Assembly (NCBI RefSeq): GCF_009914755.1
Contig: NC_060928.1
Length of the DNA stretch: 64,000 bases
Source: the human T2T-CHM13v2.0 reference genome, Homo sapiens
Reading direction: 5' to 3' (one strand)
Positions 39,573 to 51,975 of this stretch are shown in pieces (the stretch's first letter is position 1; every line of letters starts with the position of its first letter). The notes under the pieces are model-generated. The model was not told where the DNA came from. It searched no databases and worked only from the letters and a program-made list of their open reading frames with translations. The translations under genes were made by a program, and so were the position numbers.

Positions 39573-39929
39573 CAGCAGCCCTTCTTTATCCACTGCTTTA
39601 CTTTCCATAGTTTCAGTCACTCATGGTCAATCGTGGTCCAAAAATACGTGAGCGCAGTACAATAAAATATATTCAGAGAGAGACAGAAAGAGAAGGAAGG
39701 AGACAGACCACATTTAAATAACTTTTATTACAGTATATTGTTTTAATTCTATTTTATTATTAGTTATTGTTGTTAATCTTCTAACATGCCTAATTTAGAA
39801 ATTAAACATTATCATAAGTAATTATTTATAGGGGCACAGATAGTATATACAGGGTTTGGTACTATCCTTGGCTTCAAAGATTCACTGGAGATCTTTGGAC
39901 CTAACCCCACAGATAAGGAGGGACTACTG
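39573..39929 (-). mobile_element. MER44A-like (Tigger7-derived) MITE
   Basis: TIRs cagcagcccttctttatc / gataaggagggactactg, with TA TSD on both sides. Confidence 0.82.
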
Positions 39930-42900
39930 TATATTCTTTGGTTAGAATGGTGTTCTCAGTCTCTTCTGGGTTAAGATAACAGTTCTCAGTGTTTTTAGAG
40001 TTCTAGTCCATTCATTCATTTGAGACTAGGACTTTAATGGGTCTGGGTGCTCTAGGTGGAAACATTAGCCTGCCTACTAGCTTCCTTTCTAATCATAATT
40101 GCTCCATGTACCAATCTAGCTATCTTCCTTACAAATTAGATCTGCTTCTGTTTACTATGGCTTATTTTGTAGATGAAATTATTGGAATCATTATGCTATT
40201 CTTGGCTCTAACACTATGTTTTACTCTGTATCTCAATTGGAAATTTGAAGACCTGAGGCCTCTTTCTCTTTTAATACAATGAAAAATTTCTGGTTAGGAA
40301 GATTTCTTTGGATAAAGGGGACAGTTGGAAAGCCTTAATTTTTAAAAATGATATATCAACGTACGTAGTCAAATATTTAAAGAGTAGATGTGGCTTCAAA
40401 TGTAGCTGGATAAAGGGAGTTGAAAAACTTAGTTCTGGATTTGTTACAGCCTCTCCATTTCTTAGCTCCATGTCTCCTTTGTTGACAGGCTTTCCTTTTG
40501 AGATCGCAAGAAGCCTGCCAGAAGCACTCAGGGCTATGTGCTTCCAAGTTCAGCCCCAGTGGGAAATAGTAGAACTTTTCTCAGCTTGCTGCCTTGAAGA
40601 CCCTGGGATTAATTCTCTTTGGAGGACATGTGTCATGTTCTAAGAAAGGAACTCTATTTGGCATATCAGCCCACATTCTTCTGCTTTCACCTTTCATCAT
40701 TTGCTTTTTTTTTTCTTTTTTTACAGTAGAGGCTGAAAAACCATATTTTGTATTTACTAGATGTGTTGGCTATATAGAACTGGCACTCAGCATTTATTCT
40801 TATTTTCTTCTATTCTTTTTAAAAAATCCATAGACTGACAAAGTAAAAACTACATTTCTAACTCCTTCACAGCTTGATTTTTAAATGCAAATTAGAGTTT
40901 TGCCAATTACATGCACCTACCTGACATTTGGAAGGCAGAAGTAAGTTGGAGGTGATTTTCCTGCTGCTCTAGGCTGTTTTGTGGACTCATATGTCCCCCC
41001 GCTGCAGTATGCTTGTTTTAAGTATCCTGCCTTGGAGCTATCACTGAGAATTTGCAACAAGAAGCAATGGTCAGACTCCACAGTCTGAGGCCCCATATAA
41101 CCAACTTTCTAGATGGAAGAAGGCAATTGTGATGAGAGTTATGGTGGTAGTTGTTTTTCTAATCCTGGCTTCCCGACTCCTGCTTTACAAACCTACCTAC
41201 AACCAGGGTGATCTTTGCTTTAAACTTACAGCTCCAGCAGACATATCTAAGTTCTGCATAGAACATTATATAATCTGTATAGACACAGGTAAGAGCAAAC
41301 AAATGGGCCAAAAAATGACCATACAGAAGAAGGGCAGCTTTTTCTCACATAGCATAGTGACTAAGTATACAGGCTTAGCAATGCACATTAAAGTTCAAAT
41401 TCTAGGTCTACCGTTAAGTTGTATAAATGTAGACAAGTTGTGAAAAAACTTATCAATTTTAATTTTCTTTTCTGAAAAATTAGCATAACATGAGGTTTGA
41501 AAGCTGTATAAAAGTTTACATAAAACAATGTATGCAATATTTTGCCCTCTCCATCCACTGAAAAACACCCACTAGCATCCTCTTATCTGACTTCCTCAAT
41601 GCTTTCTCACCTGTGGTCAGTTAACACAAGGTACTGATCTTCAGCTACAAGGCAGGGCTTCCTCTTGTCATTTTCTGTTTCCCTACCCACTTTATGGTGG
41701 TTCTCCTTCCTCTTTAGCCCTATATGGCCGCCGTTCCAAGGTCTAGAGGCTCATTTTGATTGTGGTTTTCTTGTAAATGCTTCATGAAATCAGAATACCT
41801 TTCTTTTAAAGTAACATTTTCAGGAATATAATCACTACGAGGTGTTCAGTCCATAATTTGGACAGTCATAGAATTTGGAGCTATTCTTGCCCTTCAGGGA
41901 ATGGTGTGCTATTATCAAAGCAGGTAATTTTCAAAGGGAGAAACCTTCATAACCTGAAGATTTAAGAGCACCCTGGCTTGTTGTTTCTGAGGATAATTCT
42001 TTTCTGATCAGCTCCTCTCTAGCCTTTAGCTTTGAGTGAGGCAATCACACTTTGTTGCCTTTATTCATTTGGAAGGTTCTTCCTATTTCAATTTATGTGA
42101 ACCCATTTAAACAACAGTAAAAATGGAAACTCATCCAAATAAATTTAATTCCAATTACTCTGACTCTTTTGCATCTTCTGGCTGTAATTTAAAGCATTTT
42201 TCCAAACAGGCATATTTAAAAGGTGATAATTCACTTGACAGCTGGAGAAACTAGGATCATTAAAAGGAAACATAATTAACATTATTTCCAATTCAACCTA
42301 TCTTTTCTCTGTGTTTTCAGAATACTAGCACTGTTGTTGGCTGTTTTGTAGGATCCTTTTCTTGCTGCATAACAAAGGATTCAATTTGTTCATTTAGTCA
42401 ATAAACAGTTACTGAGCATCTGCTATCTTTCAGGCCCATGCTAAGTCTTGGTGACAGAAATATTGAAAAGATATGGTCTCACCTCCCATCTCTCTTTATG
42501 TAATCAGATTTGATGTAAGAAAACAAAAGGAAGGAATGAAATGAGAAAAGGAAGTTATACAATGAGAAGAAAAGGAAAGGAAAGATGGCAAAATAATACA
42601 AATGAAATCAACGGGGTTTGGAGATGCAGAGGGGAAAAAATGAGAAGAGATGAAGGAGAAAAAAGGCAAGTACAAGAATGGGAGCAGAAAAAGACATAAA
42701 AATTTAGAAATATGGTAGTATTGAAATTTATATACTGCTATGCTCATATGCATGCATATAATTTTATGTATTTTCTAGAACTCAAATAACTTGGTAAAAA
42801 GCCCTCTCTTCAGTTCCACTGATGTCAGCAAAAACATTTAATCTTGCCACTTATCAGATTTTCTATCTCTTCCAGTTTAAGTCAAAGACTTTCCCCAGGT

Positions 42901-43098
42901 TAATGCTGGCTATTTGTAACTTTTTTTTTTTAACTTCCCTCCTCCTTTTTCTTCTCCCAGAGTGTTATGTGGGATACTTACGTGACATTGCAGATGCAGA
43001 TCTCTCATCTGAACCCTGTTTCTGGGTACTTGCTGTTCCTGCTGGTGATAGAAGTGATCTTTCATGTATCAGTAATGGCCTCTGGCCTTGAAGTCCTC

Positions 43099-43505
43099 TG
43101 TGGCAGACAGAACAGTGGCCTTTTGAAGATGTCCATGTCTATTCCCTAGAAACTGTGATTACAGTACATTACATGGCAAACGGGAATTAAGGTTGCAAAT
43201 GGAATCAAGGCTGCTAATCAGTTGACCTTGAGATGGGAAGATTATCATGGAGTATCAAGATGGTCCTAATATAATCATAAGCATCCTTAAAAGTGGAAGA
43301 AGAAGACAGAAGGGAGAGTCTAAGATGTGATTATATAAGGATGGCAAGAGTAATGTCATGTTGCTGGCTTTAAAGATGTTAGAAGGAGGCCACTAATCAA
43401 GAAATGTGGTAGGGATACTGAAAAGGGTAAGAACACAGATGTGTTCTTAGAGGAAGAAGTACAGTCTTATGGATGTCTTGATTTTAGCCCCATAAGACTA
43501 TTGTC
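43099..43505 (+). mobile_element. MLT1D-type LTR, 3' truncated
   Basis: tgtggcagacagaa..ttacatggcaaa..gttgaccttgagatgggaagattatc..catccttaaaagtggaaga. Confidence 0.8.
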
Positions 43506-43807
43506 ACCTGCATAACCACTCGTTGGGGTGCATAGGAAGTCTTGGGTGTTGTGTACACATGAGGAACTAGGAAATAAACTTCAACCCTCTTTCAGCCCAA
43601 ACAAGTCATTGCACCATTTCAACTTTCCAGGGGTCAGTCTATGTGGGTATAGAACTCCTGAAAAGTGTTCCCCAGAGGATTCCAAAAGGAAAGAAGGCAG
43701 AATCCTCCCTCTTGTTGTAGGCTGTATCTTTAAGTAAGGCTTAATGAAGCCCTGCCCCTAACTCTGGAAAAGGCTGAGTTTAGCTTTTCTGGTTCCATCT
43801 CAGTGAA

Positions 43808-44188
43808 TGTCTTAGTTCATCTTATATTGCTGTAACAGAATACCACAGACTGGGTAATTTATAAAGACTAAAAACTTATTCAGCTCACAGTTCTGGAGGC
43901 TGGGAAGTTCAAAAGCATGGTGCTGGCATCTGGCAACGGCGATCCCACGGTGGAAGACAGAAGGCAGAAGTGAGCCCATGAGACAGAGAGAGTATAAGGC
44001 GTATATTTAATTTTATAACAAACTGCTCTTATGATAACTAACCCACTCCCATGATAATGACATTAATTTATTCATGTGGGTCTACGCTCGTGACCTAATC
44101 ACCTCTTAATTAGACCCCATCTTCCAACAATATAGCATGGGGATTAAATTTCCAACATGAATTTGAGGGGCACATTCAAACCACTGGA
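43808..44188 (-). mobile_element. MSTC/MSTB-type MaLR LTR
   Basis: tgtcttagt..aacagaataccacagactgggtaatttataaag..ctcacagttctggaggctgggaagt..ggggcacattcaaacca. Confidence 0.85.
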
Positions 44189-47100
44189 GGGAGTCAGGCA
44201 GCAACTTCACTCCACTGTGTGCCCTAAGACTCTCCAAACATTTCCACCCAAGCCCAGAAATGGCTTTTGTCTATCTTGTGTAAAGGAAATTTGCCTCGGG
44301 TCTTATCCTCCATCCTCCCTCTTCTAAAGTTCATAGTAACATGCTCCTACCTTAATTAGCTGACCTGTGTTCCTTGAAGTTTAAAAGAAAGCTTTTGAAT
44401 TTTAGAAAACTAGTTTCTCAAAAGAGTCTGACTCTAACAAGCAAAAGCCTCTGCCTGCATAGTGTTGGCTTTTGAATGCATTTCAAGAGCCTGTTTTTAA
44501 AAGGAAGAGACTGAGTAACTTTCCCTTTTTCAATCTTGGTTTTCCACATCCCCTGGAGCAATAGGTGCCTCAGCTTCAAGAGGCTCTCTTGCCCTTGTAT
44601 GATTTTGTACTCCCTCTTCTTTTTTTCTAGAAGGTTCCCTTTACTTTTTCACAGAGCTACTTGTTCCTCAAGTTCCTCAAGACTTAGTTGATTCTTTGTG
44701 TTGTGAGGAAAGAACTTTCTGTCTCCTGCCATGACTTGAGCTGAGCCAGGAAACCCACCTGTGCAGTTTACACCTGGTACTTCCTGCAATTGTAGCACGT
44801 ATTCCCTGATACTCTTAACATTCTGCTACCAGCTAATTTCCTTGCCTTTCCCATGACTCAGATTTTCTATGAAATGGACTTGTTAATGGTAAATTTCAGT
44901 CTTTATGAACAGCCCTGCAAATGCTATCACATTTATCTTCCCCACTCAGTTTAGAACTGAAATGCATGAGCATTCATAGATAATAGCAAGTGTCACACTG
45001 CTCTCCCTCCTGGCCATAAAACCTGGGCTCCAAACTTTCAACTCTACTTCTGTTCTTTCATTACAAACACTTCAGGAAAACAAACAAACAAACAAAAAAG
45101 GCTGCTAAACTGTCCCAGGTTAATAGCATGCTAGGGTTAATAGACTAATGTGACTAACTGAGCCCTCTAGTTTTTCCTGCTAGAAAGAGTTGCACAACAC
45201 CATTCTCCTTTCCATTTCTTCTGCATTTCAACTGAAATAATTTTACACAGTTTTTCACCAAGGGTGCACATACACACAGATTCTCTTTCTCTCTCTCCAA
45301 TGCTCATTCTTTCTTCTGTATAAACACACTCAAATATTTTCACAAACATGCACTAATTCTCAAATACTGTATTACCTACAACTTTCATTTCTTCTCTTGA
45401 TCAAATATAAAAGGAAATTTGCACATGTCTCTCTATGCCTCTTTTCAAACCCCTTCTCTTTATTTAGGTTCCTCCAATTTTTTCGTTTCTTCTGCATTTC
45501 CTTCTCCTCTGACTTGACCCTGCTTCCGTGTCTGAGACTCACCAAGAATAATGAGAGATGTGGACGGTTATTGTTGTATTGCAGGTGTAAATGATTGGAA
45601 ACAGACATTTGAGAACAGCAGCTATGTATGCTGGACTTTACCCTAGGGCTTGAGGAGGTTCTATAAATAGGATTTGAAGGAGGAAATTGTTCAGATTTGA
45701 GTTTTATGAAATCATTTTGACAGTTGGTTGGGTCATGAACTAGAGGGAGGGATATTATTGGAATCAAGGACACAAAGCTTGAGACAAGAATCACAGAGAC
45801 TTATCTCAAGTGTGGACAGTGGCTGTGGAAAGGAGAGAAAGGTTTGAGACTGAGTTAGGGGATACAATGGACATAATTATTTCCTTTCCATAATGGTGAC
45901 AAAATGAGACACAGTGTGTAAGCGTGGACTGTATGTAATTTTAACTATGAGAAAGTCTTCATTAAGTGTTACGTGTTCCAAGAAGCAGTTGGCTTCCTAG
46001 AACAATAGCCGGCAAGGCTAAAAATTAGATTTTTGTACTTGACAAATTCATAAAAGAGAAATGATGGATTGTGAATTTGGATTTTCAATGCATCTGTGAA
46101 CAATTTTCTTTTCCTTTTTTTTTTTAACGTCTGACTAAAATTATTCATTATTCTGAAGATGAAAAACATCTTGTCAGCGTGTGGAGGAAAATTACCTCCC
46201 AGAGAATTCTGGAACATTCTTAAGAAATTTTCTTAAGATCAACTCCATATGCACTATAACTTCATGTGATGGAAGAGCACAGTACAGGAGAAAAGTAGAG
46301 GTCATGTTATTTAAGAGTCATAGAAACAATGGCTGACATGACAATTCCCATTGAGCTAACAGGTGAATATTTTTTAACTTCAGCTGCTGGATCCACAGAG
46401 GTGTTTTACTAGGAAACCAGAAGCAGGTATTTTACCTCCTAAATAATAAAGTAGAAACTTTAAAAGCAGCCTTCTGCCTGGATGATGACTTTGCTCTGCA
46501 TATAACAAGAAAGAACTCTAGGTTCACACTTACGATCTGGGATAGGACACTTTCAGAGGAGATTTAGCTAAGGAGATCTCTGTCTTCCAAACCTCTCTGT
46601 CTTGCACAGGTTTATGTAATAACAATGATTAATAAAAATAGTAGATTCTGAATTTTGTTTTGGAATAAAATTAATAAGGCTGCGTGCTTCTGAGAGAGAA
46701 ATTTGTAAAGTGGCAGACAGGGACATCAAGAACTCTAATTACCACATGCCCTAGAACCCATCTGAGGAGAAAAGATACGGTCTCAGACAAGATAGTTCCT
46801 CCTCGAGATGCCTGATTAATGTCCCCTGACTAATCTTCCCCAGTGCCCAAGTGAGAAAGGGTTAGAAGTTAACCAGTCTTCCCTATTATAGTCACACATG
46901 TGCCTCATATTATTATTAAACATGTGAGATATGTTATTTTAGATATGTGGGATTAAGGGAACTATATTTATATCTATACATTATTAATATTGGCTTAAAT
47001 GTATGTATTTTAAAGTAGAATGTTAGCACATGCCCATTAGCTGTAGTAGGCTACAGTATGCTTGCTTTGGGCAGCAAGAGCCAATTGCACACCTCTCTAC

Positions 47101-47193
47101 TCAACTTCCAGTTAGGTGAAGCCAAACTGGTAACTTGAAATTGGCCATGAAGGGAGTATTTCACCGCTGAATTCTGCAAATGAATCAAGGCTA

Positions 47194-47544
47194 ATATATA
47201 CATATATGTGTGTGTGTGTGTGTATATATATATGTATATATACATGCGTGTGTATATATATATGTATATATATGTGTGTGTATATATATATGTGTGTGTG
47301 TAGATATATATATACATATATATATACATATATACACATATATATATACATATATATACATATATATACACATACATATACATATATATACACACATATA
47401 TATACATATATATACATATATATATACACATATATATACATATATATATACATATATATATACACATGTATATATATACATATATATACATATATATATA
47501 TACATGTATATATATACATATATATATACATATATATATATATA
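47194..47544. repeat. Compound (TA/TG)n-(TA/CA)n microsatellite, ~350 bp
   Basis: Nearly uninterrupted purine/pyrimidine alternation; source of five overlapping YI/YM ORFs. Confidence 0.95.
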
Positions 47545-48679
47545 TTTGAGTTTCAGTCATTAAACACTTACCAGTACATCACTGCATGCTGATGTTTCTC
47601 AACATAATATCTCTGAATCCCTTTCACCCAGCACAAAGCCTGGTCTAACATGTGTGATACATGTCTGTTAAATGAATGCACAGAGAAAGAGGAGAGCTCT
47701 TTGGAAGAACAAGAAGAGAGTCTTCAAGACAAAGTTTTAAGCAGAGAAACTTGAGTTTTGAGGCATGTGTAGGAAAAAAAAGGTATGCCTGGGAACAGAT
47801 AGTGAGAAGGTCTTTCAGAGAGATAGGAGGCTCAGGAAAGTGAAAAATATGAGGAATTAGAAGAATTATTACAGAGTTGAAAATGAGGTGAAAACAGATT
47901 TGAACAATGGCAGAAGATTAAGACCCAAGGTTTGATGACAGATGGATCTGAAAAAGCCATCACTGATAATCCCCAGTTCTAGTCAATGCCTTAAATCATC
48001 AAAGGTGAACAGAGAGGTGACAAAGTAGGGCTCCCTGCTTCACAGTGATGCTGTCAGAAGTGAGGATGTTGCTATCACCTCTCATATTAACTTCAGAGAA
48101 ACTTTTCTTTTTTGAGAAAACACAGACTAATTTTAGAAGTCTTCTGTTTCTGATTTAATGTTAACACAGTGACCTGATACTGTGCAAACTCTTGTGAGTT
48201 ACAAAGATCCAGTGAGCAATTTTCCTTATGTTCCATGTTGTCAAGTGAGCTACAGTGAGGACTGCCTCCGGAGACTTGCAACTGACCTGCAGCCATTCCC
48301 AGGCACATGACTAGTTGGAAGCATGCACCTGCTATTCTTGTGTTTCACTCAAAAAGAACCATGGATGCTGTGCCAGCTTCCATAAAACTGGTAAAGAAAT
48401 GGTATGTCAAACACCTATCCCCAAAATGTTATGGGTGATGAAAGCTTCTGGGATAAGGAGGATAAATAAAAAAAAAAAATTCCAGTCCAACACAGCTTTA
48501 GGACCAGAACGCTAGAGATCTCCTTCAACATTCTTTCTATACAATGAAGGAAAATGAGGATAAGACAGACAATTTTATTTGAAAATATTGCCCAAAATGA
48601 GGTCTCCTTCTCTTCCCTCAAGTCACACACATAATTATGATGTTATCCTTTACACCCTTAATGGGATGCAGTGAAATCA

Positions 48680-48930
48680 GCTGCAGAGTGGTTAGTGCCT
48701 GGCCTTTGGAGTCATAATTACCTGAATCTGAGTACCAACTCCACGTTCTCTCTGGGCAACACTGCAGACATTGTATAACCTCATTGGGCCTTAGTTTCCT
48801 CACTTAAAATTTGGGGATTTCAGGGTCTACTTGACAGTGTTATTTTGAGGATTAAATGAGATGAATAAGCAGAGTGCTTAGCGCAATCCAGAGCATGTGA
48901 TGAGAGGAGCTCAGTGTATGTTAACTATTG
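48680..48930 (+). mobile_element. MIR, near full length
   Basis: agtggttagtgcctggcctttggagtca..gggccttagtttcctcac..ttttgaggattaaatgaga..agtgcttagc. Confidence 0.82.
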
Positions 48931-49639
48931 ATTTTGTTGCTGTGATGTGATGATGATGATTATTTTATTTTAACTTAATCTTTGGATGATAATATTTTAA
49001 CAGTTCAAACATTTTCACAAATGGCAAAGATTGTGTGTGTATGTGTGTGTGTACATGTGCACATATTAAAATTTGTAAGATCACAGGAGATAATATGCTT
49101 TCAATGTATTTCAACTGATGTTTGACAGTCTTGACACTCCAAGACATTAGCTTCTCTCTGTGGAAATATTGTAATTTAATGAATAGCTTACGATTTTTAA
49201 CCAGGTCTGCTCTGTCATTGGACCCAGGAGAAGTTTTATAGGAGAGAATGTTACTAAGAGTTGTAATAAAATCTAACAAGTGTCACCTAATAATTAAACA
49301 GATTAATCACTTTGACCACCAAAGTAGTTGACCACCATGACTGCAGAGCATTAAGACTTAGCAATTCATGATTAAAATCAGGAGGGCTGTAAAAATCAGT
49401 GTCTGTGAATGTTCTAAAGAAGACTCACTCAGCTCTGTAATATAGGCCTCCCAATGGGTTCTGGACCATAGTCATCCATCATGGGCTCCTCATGCACTGC
49501 AGGAAGCAGCCACCAGAAAGGAGATGCAAAGCTCCAGTGGTTGCAAAGGCACCATCTGAATGACAAATGTCTCCTGGTGACAACCTCCAGCTCTTGGGGT
49601 TGCTATTCACTGCTCACTAAATGATCTCCTCATTCTCAC

Positions 49640-50235
49640 TCTTGGCCATCTCCAATTCATCCTCCACACAGGAGCCAGAGTGGTCTTTTAAAAAGGTGAC
49701 TGGATCTTGCTATTCCTTTGCTTGAAGCCATCTGATGAACTTCCACCGTGCTTTGAAGTAAATCTAAATCCTTTACATTGGCCTTCAAGGCCCAGCATGC
49801 TCTGTCTCTGCTTACCTCTCCAGCCTCATCTCAGACCTCTCTACCCTTATCTCTGCCCTCCAGACATCGATTGTTCTTTCAGAGCCTCAGACACTACTCT
49901 CTCTTTCTACCTTCGAATCTCACAGCCTTTGTACTCGCTGCTCCTTGGGCCTGGATCGCTCTGCTCTGGCTCTTTGTGTGCCTGGCCCCTGCTCCTTCTT
50001 CAGATCTCAGCTTAAATGTCATCTCCGCAGTGAGGGGTAGCAGCTGTTCTTCTGGGTATTCTGCGTTCCTGTTTCTTTCCTTCATAGCAGCTCACATTAA
50101 AAAAAAAAATATTTGTTTACTTGTTTATCACCTGCTTATGACAGCTCTAAGAGGAAGGGACTTGTTCTGTTTTGTTTGTCACCCTACATCCAAGGTATTT
50201 CAACACCTGATACTTGCTAGGTAATCCACAAACTA
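49640..50235 (+). mobile_element. L2 fragment
   Basis: tccacacaggagccagagtggtcttttaaaa..ctccagcctcatctc..ttcagatctcagcttaaatgtcatctcc. Confidence 0.78.
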
Positions 50236-50259
50236 ATAACTGTCAGTCCTGATGATATA

Positions 50260-50490
50260 ATGAATATGTATTGAGCACATACGATGAGTCAGGTCCTGAG
50301 CTGAGTGCTGCACATACATTTTCTTGTTTATTCCTTATACCAAGGTGATAATAGCTGCTAATATGGTGTCTGTTTATAGATGGGGAGACAGGCAAAGGAT
50401 GTTTATGTATTGAATCTGACGTCACACAGCCGCTGATGACAGAACAGGATTCAAACTCAGGCAGGGTTTAGCCTCTTAATCTTTACCTTG
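50260..50490 (-). mobile_element. MIR
   Basis: tattgagcac..tttatagatggggagac..gtcacacagc..ggattcaaactcaggcag. Confidence 0.7.
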
Positions 50491-50799
50491 TGATTGCGTA
50501 AATGATTAAAAGGTTCTTTGCCACAGTCGATCATCTGACTCCTGCTGGTTCTCTGAGACTTGTTCAAGCCTCAGTCATTCAGTGTCAGACCCCTCCACTC
50601 CATCTGAAATGGTGTCTCTGTTGTCATTCTTGTCACTCTAAATTTACTTCAAACAGAGCATTTGCCACACTACTTTGAGATCGAAAACTTCCTTGTCTCC
50701 CCCACTATATCTAGAATTCCTTTGTGGTAGAGACTGGGTCAGTTTTATTCACTTTCTCTTCTATCCATCTTCTATATAATAAATATTAAATACATACTG

Positions 50800-51975
50800 T
50801 ATCCCAATCTTTTTCTATAGGCTGAGAATATGGCAAACAAGACAGATTAATTCCCTGCTTCATGGATCTTCTCATTTATTGGGCAGGAAGTAAGACACTA
50901 ATAATGTAAATAATTTAACAAATATAAAATGTTACACATAGTGATAAATTGCATGAAAGCAAATAAAACAGAGGAATAAGAAGAAGAGGGCTTAGGAGAC
51001 AAGACAGGGACTTACTGCAGACAGCGTGGTCAGGGAGGGCTTTTCTGCAGACGTGATATTTGAGCAAAGACCTGAATTTAAGAAGATCTGGGAGAAAGTG
51101 TTCCCAGAAGAGGACACAGCTAGTATCCCAGGTGTAGGACACAGCATTGAGGATCTAAGAAGAGAATGAACTAGACTTATTCCAAGGGCAGAAAGCAAGT
51201 GTACCAGGCCCAGGTTGTGTGTTAATCAGATCTGTTCAGCCCTGCATGTCCATGGCCTCAGCCACCTACCTGCCTGGCATCTCAGCCCCTAAAATGGTTT
51301 CTGTGGTCCTCAGTCACCAAGCCCTGTGGGGTGAACCTGTGCCAGCATGCCTCATTTCTTTATACCAGCAGACGTTGAGTCTCCCTGAGCAAGGTCTCCT
51401 TTGAGCCAGCTGAAACAGAGCTGCTGAAGTCCCTGCAATGAAACCAGTAAAACCAAAAGAGACTCAGTTTCCTCACTGGCTATTCAAGGTAGCTGAATTA
51501 CACATTCCAGAAGCTAATGGGAGTCAATACTCTGCAAGGAAGACTCTGACCTATTAGAGACAGAAGACAAGAGGGAACTAGCCAATTACTCATTCATCCT
51601 TTCTTTTTAAAACAAACTCTAAGACAGGCCTTTGTTTTCGTATGAGATGTCCAAGGGCCTAAGTAAGGAGCAACATTTATTGTATTGCTGTGGGCAGTGG
51701 GCAGCTTGAGTTGCTCTCCTTTCTTCCCCACTGCATGTCCTGTGTTTTTCTTACTCTTGTTTCCCTGGGATGAAGTGCTCAAATAAAGCATTGATGTATA
51801 AGATTTCGCCTCTGACTCTATTTTCTAAGGAGCTAGAGCCAATACAAAAAATGAGTCTACCCGGAACATAACAAATGAGAGGAGGTAGGAGATAACACTG
51901 AAAAGATGAATAGGTTGTGTCCTATAGGGTCTTATAGGTCAGAACAAGAGGTTTAGGCTTTATTCTAACGCAGTC
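50800..51975 (-). mobile_element. L2 fragment split by an ERVL-type LTR
   Basis: aacaagacagattaattccctgc..gtggtcagggagggc..tttgagcaaagacctgaa; resumes ~51870 ..gaggtttaggctttattct. Confidence 0.65.
51200..51846 (+). mobile_element. Old solo LTR, probably ERVL class (family unassigned)
   Basis: TG start, AATAAA at ~51782, ERVL-like terminus ctctattttctaaggagctagagccaataca; interrupts the L2. Confidence 0.55.

Noticed and set aside
47051-47592. Five overlapping 104-169 aa ORFs
   Set aside because: Translations of a TA/CA/TG microsatellite
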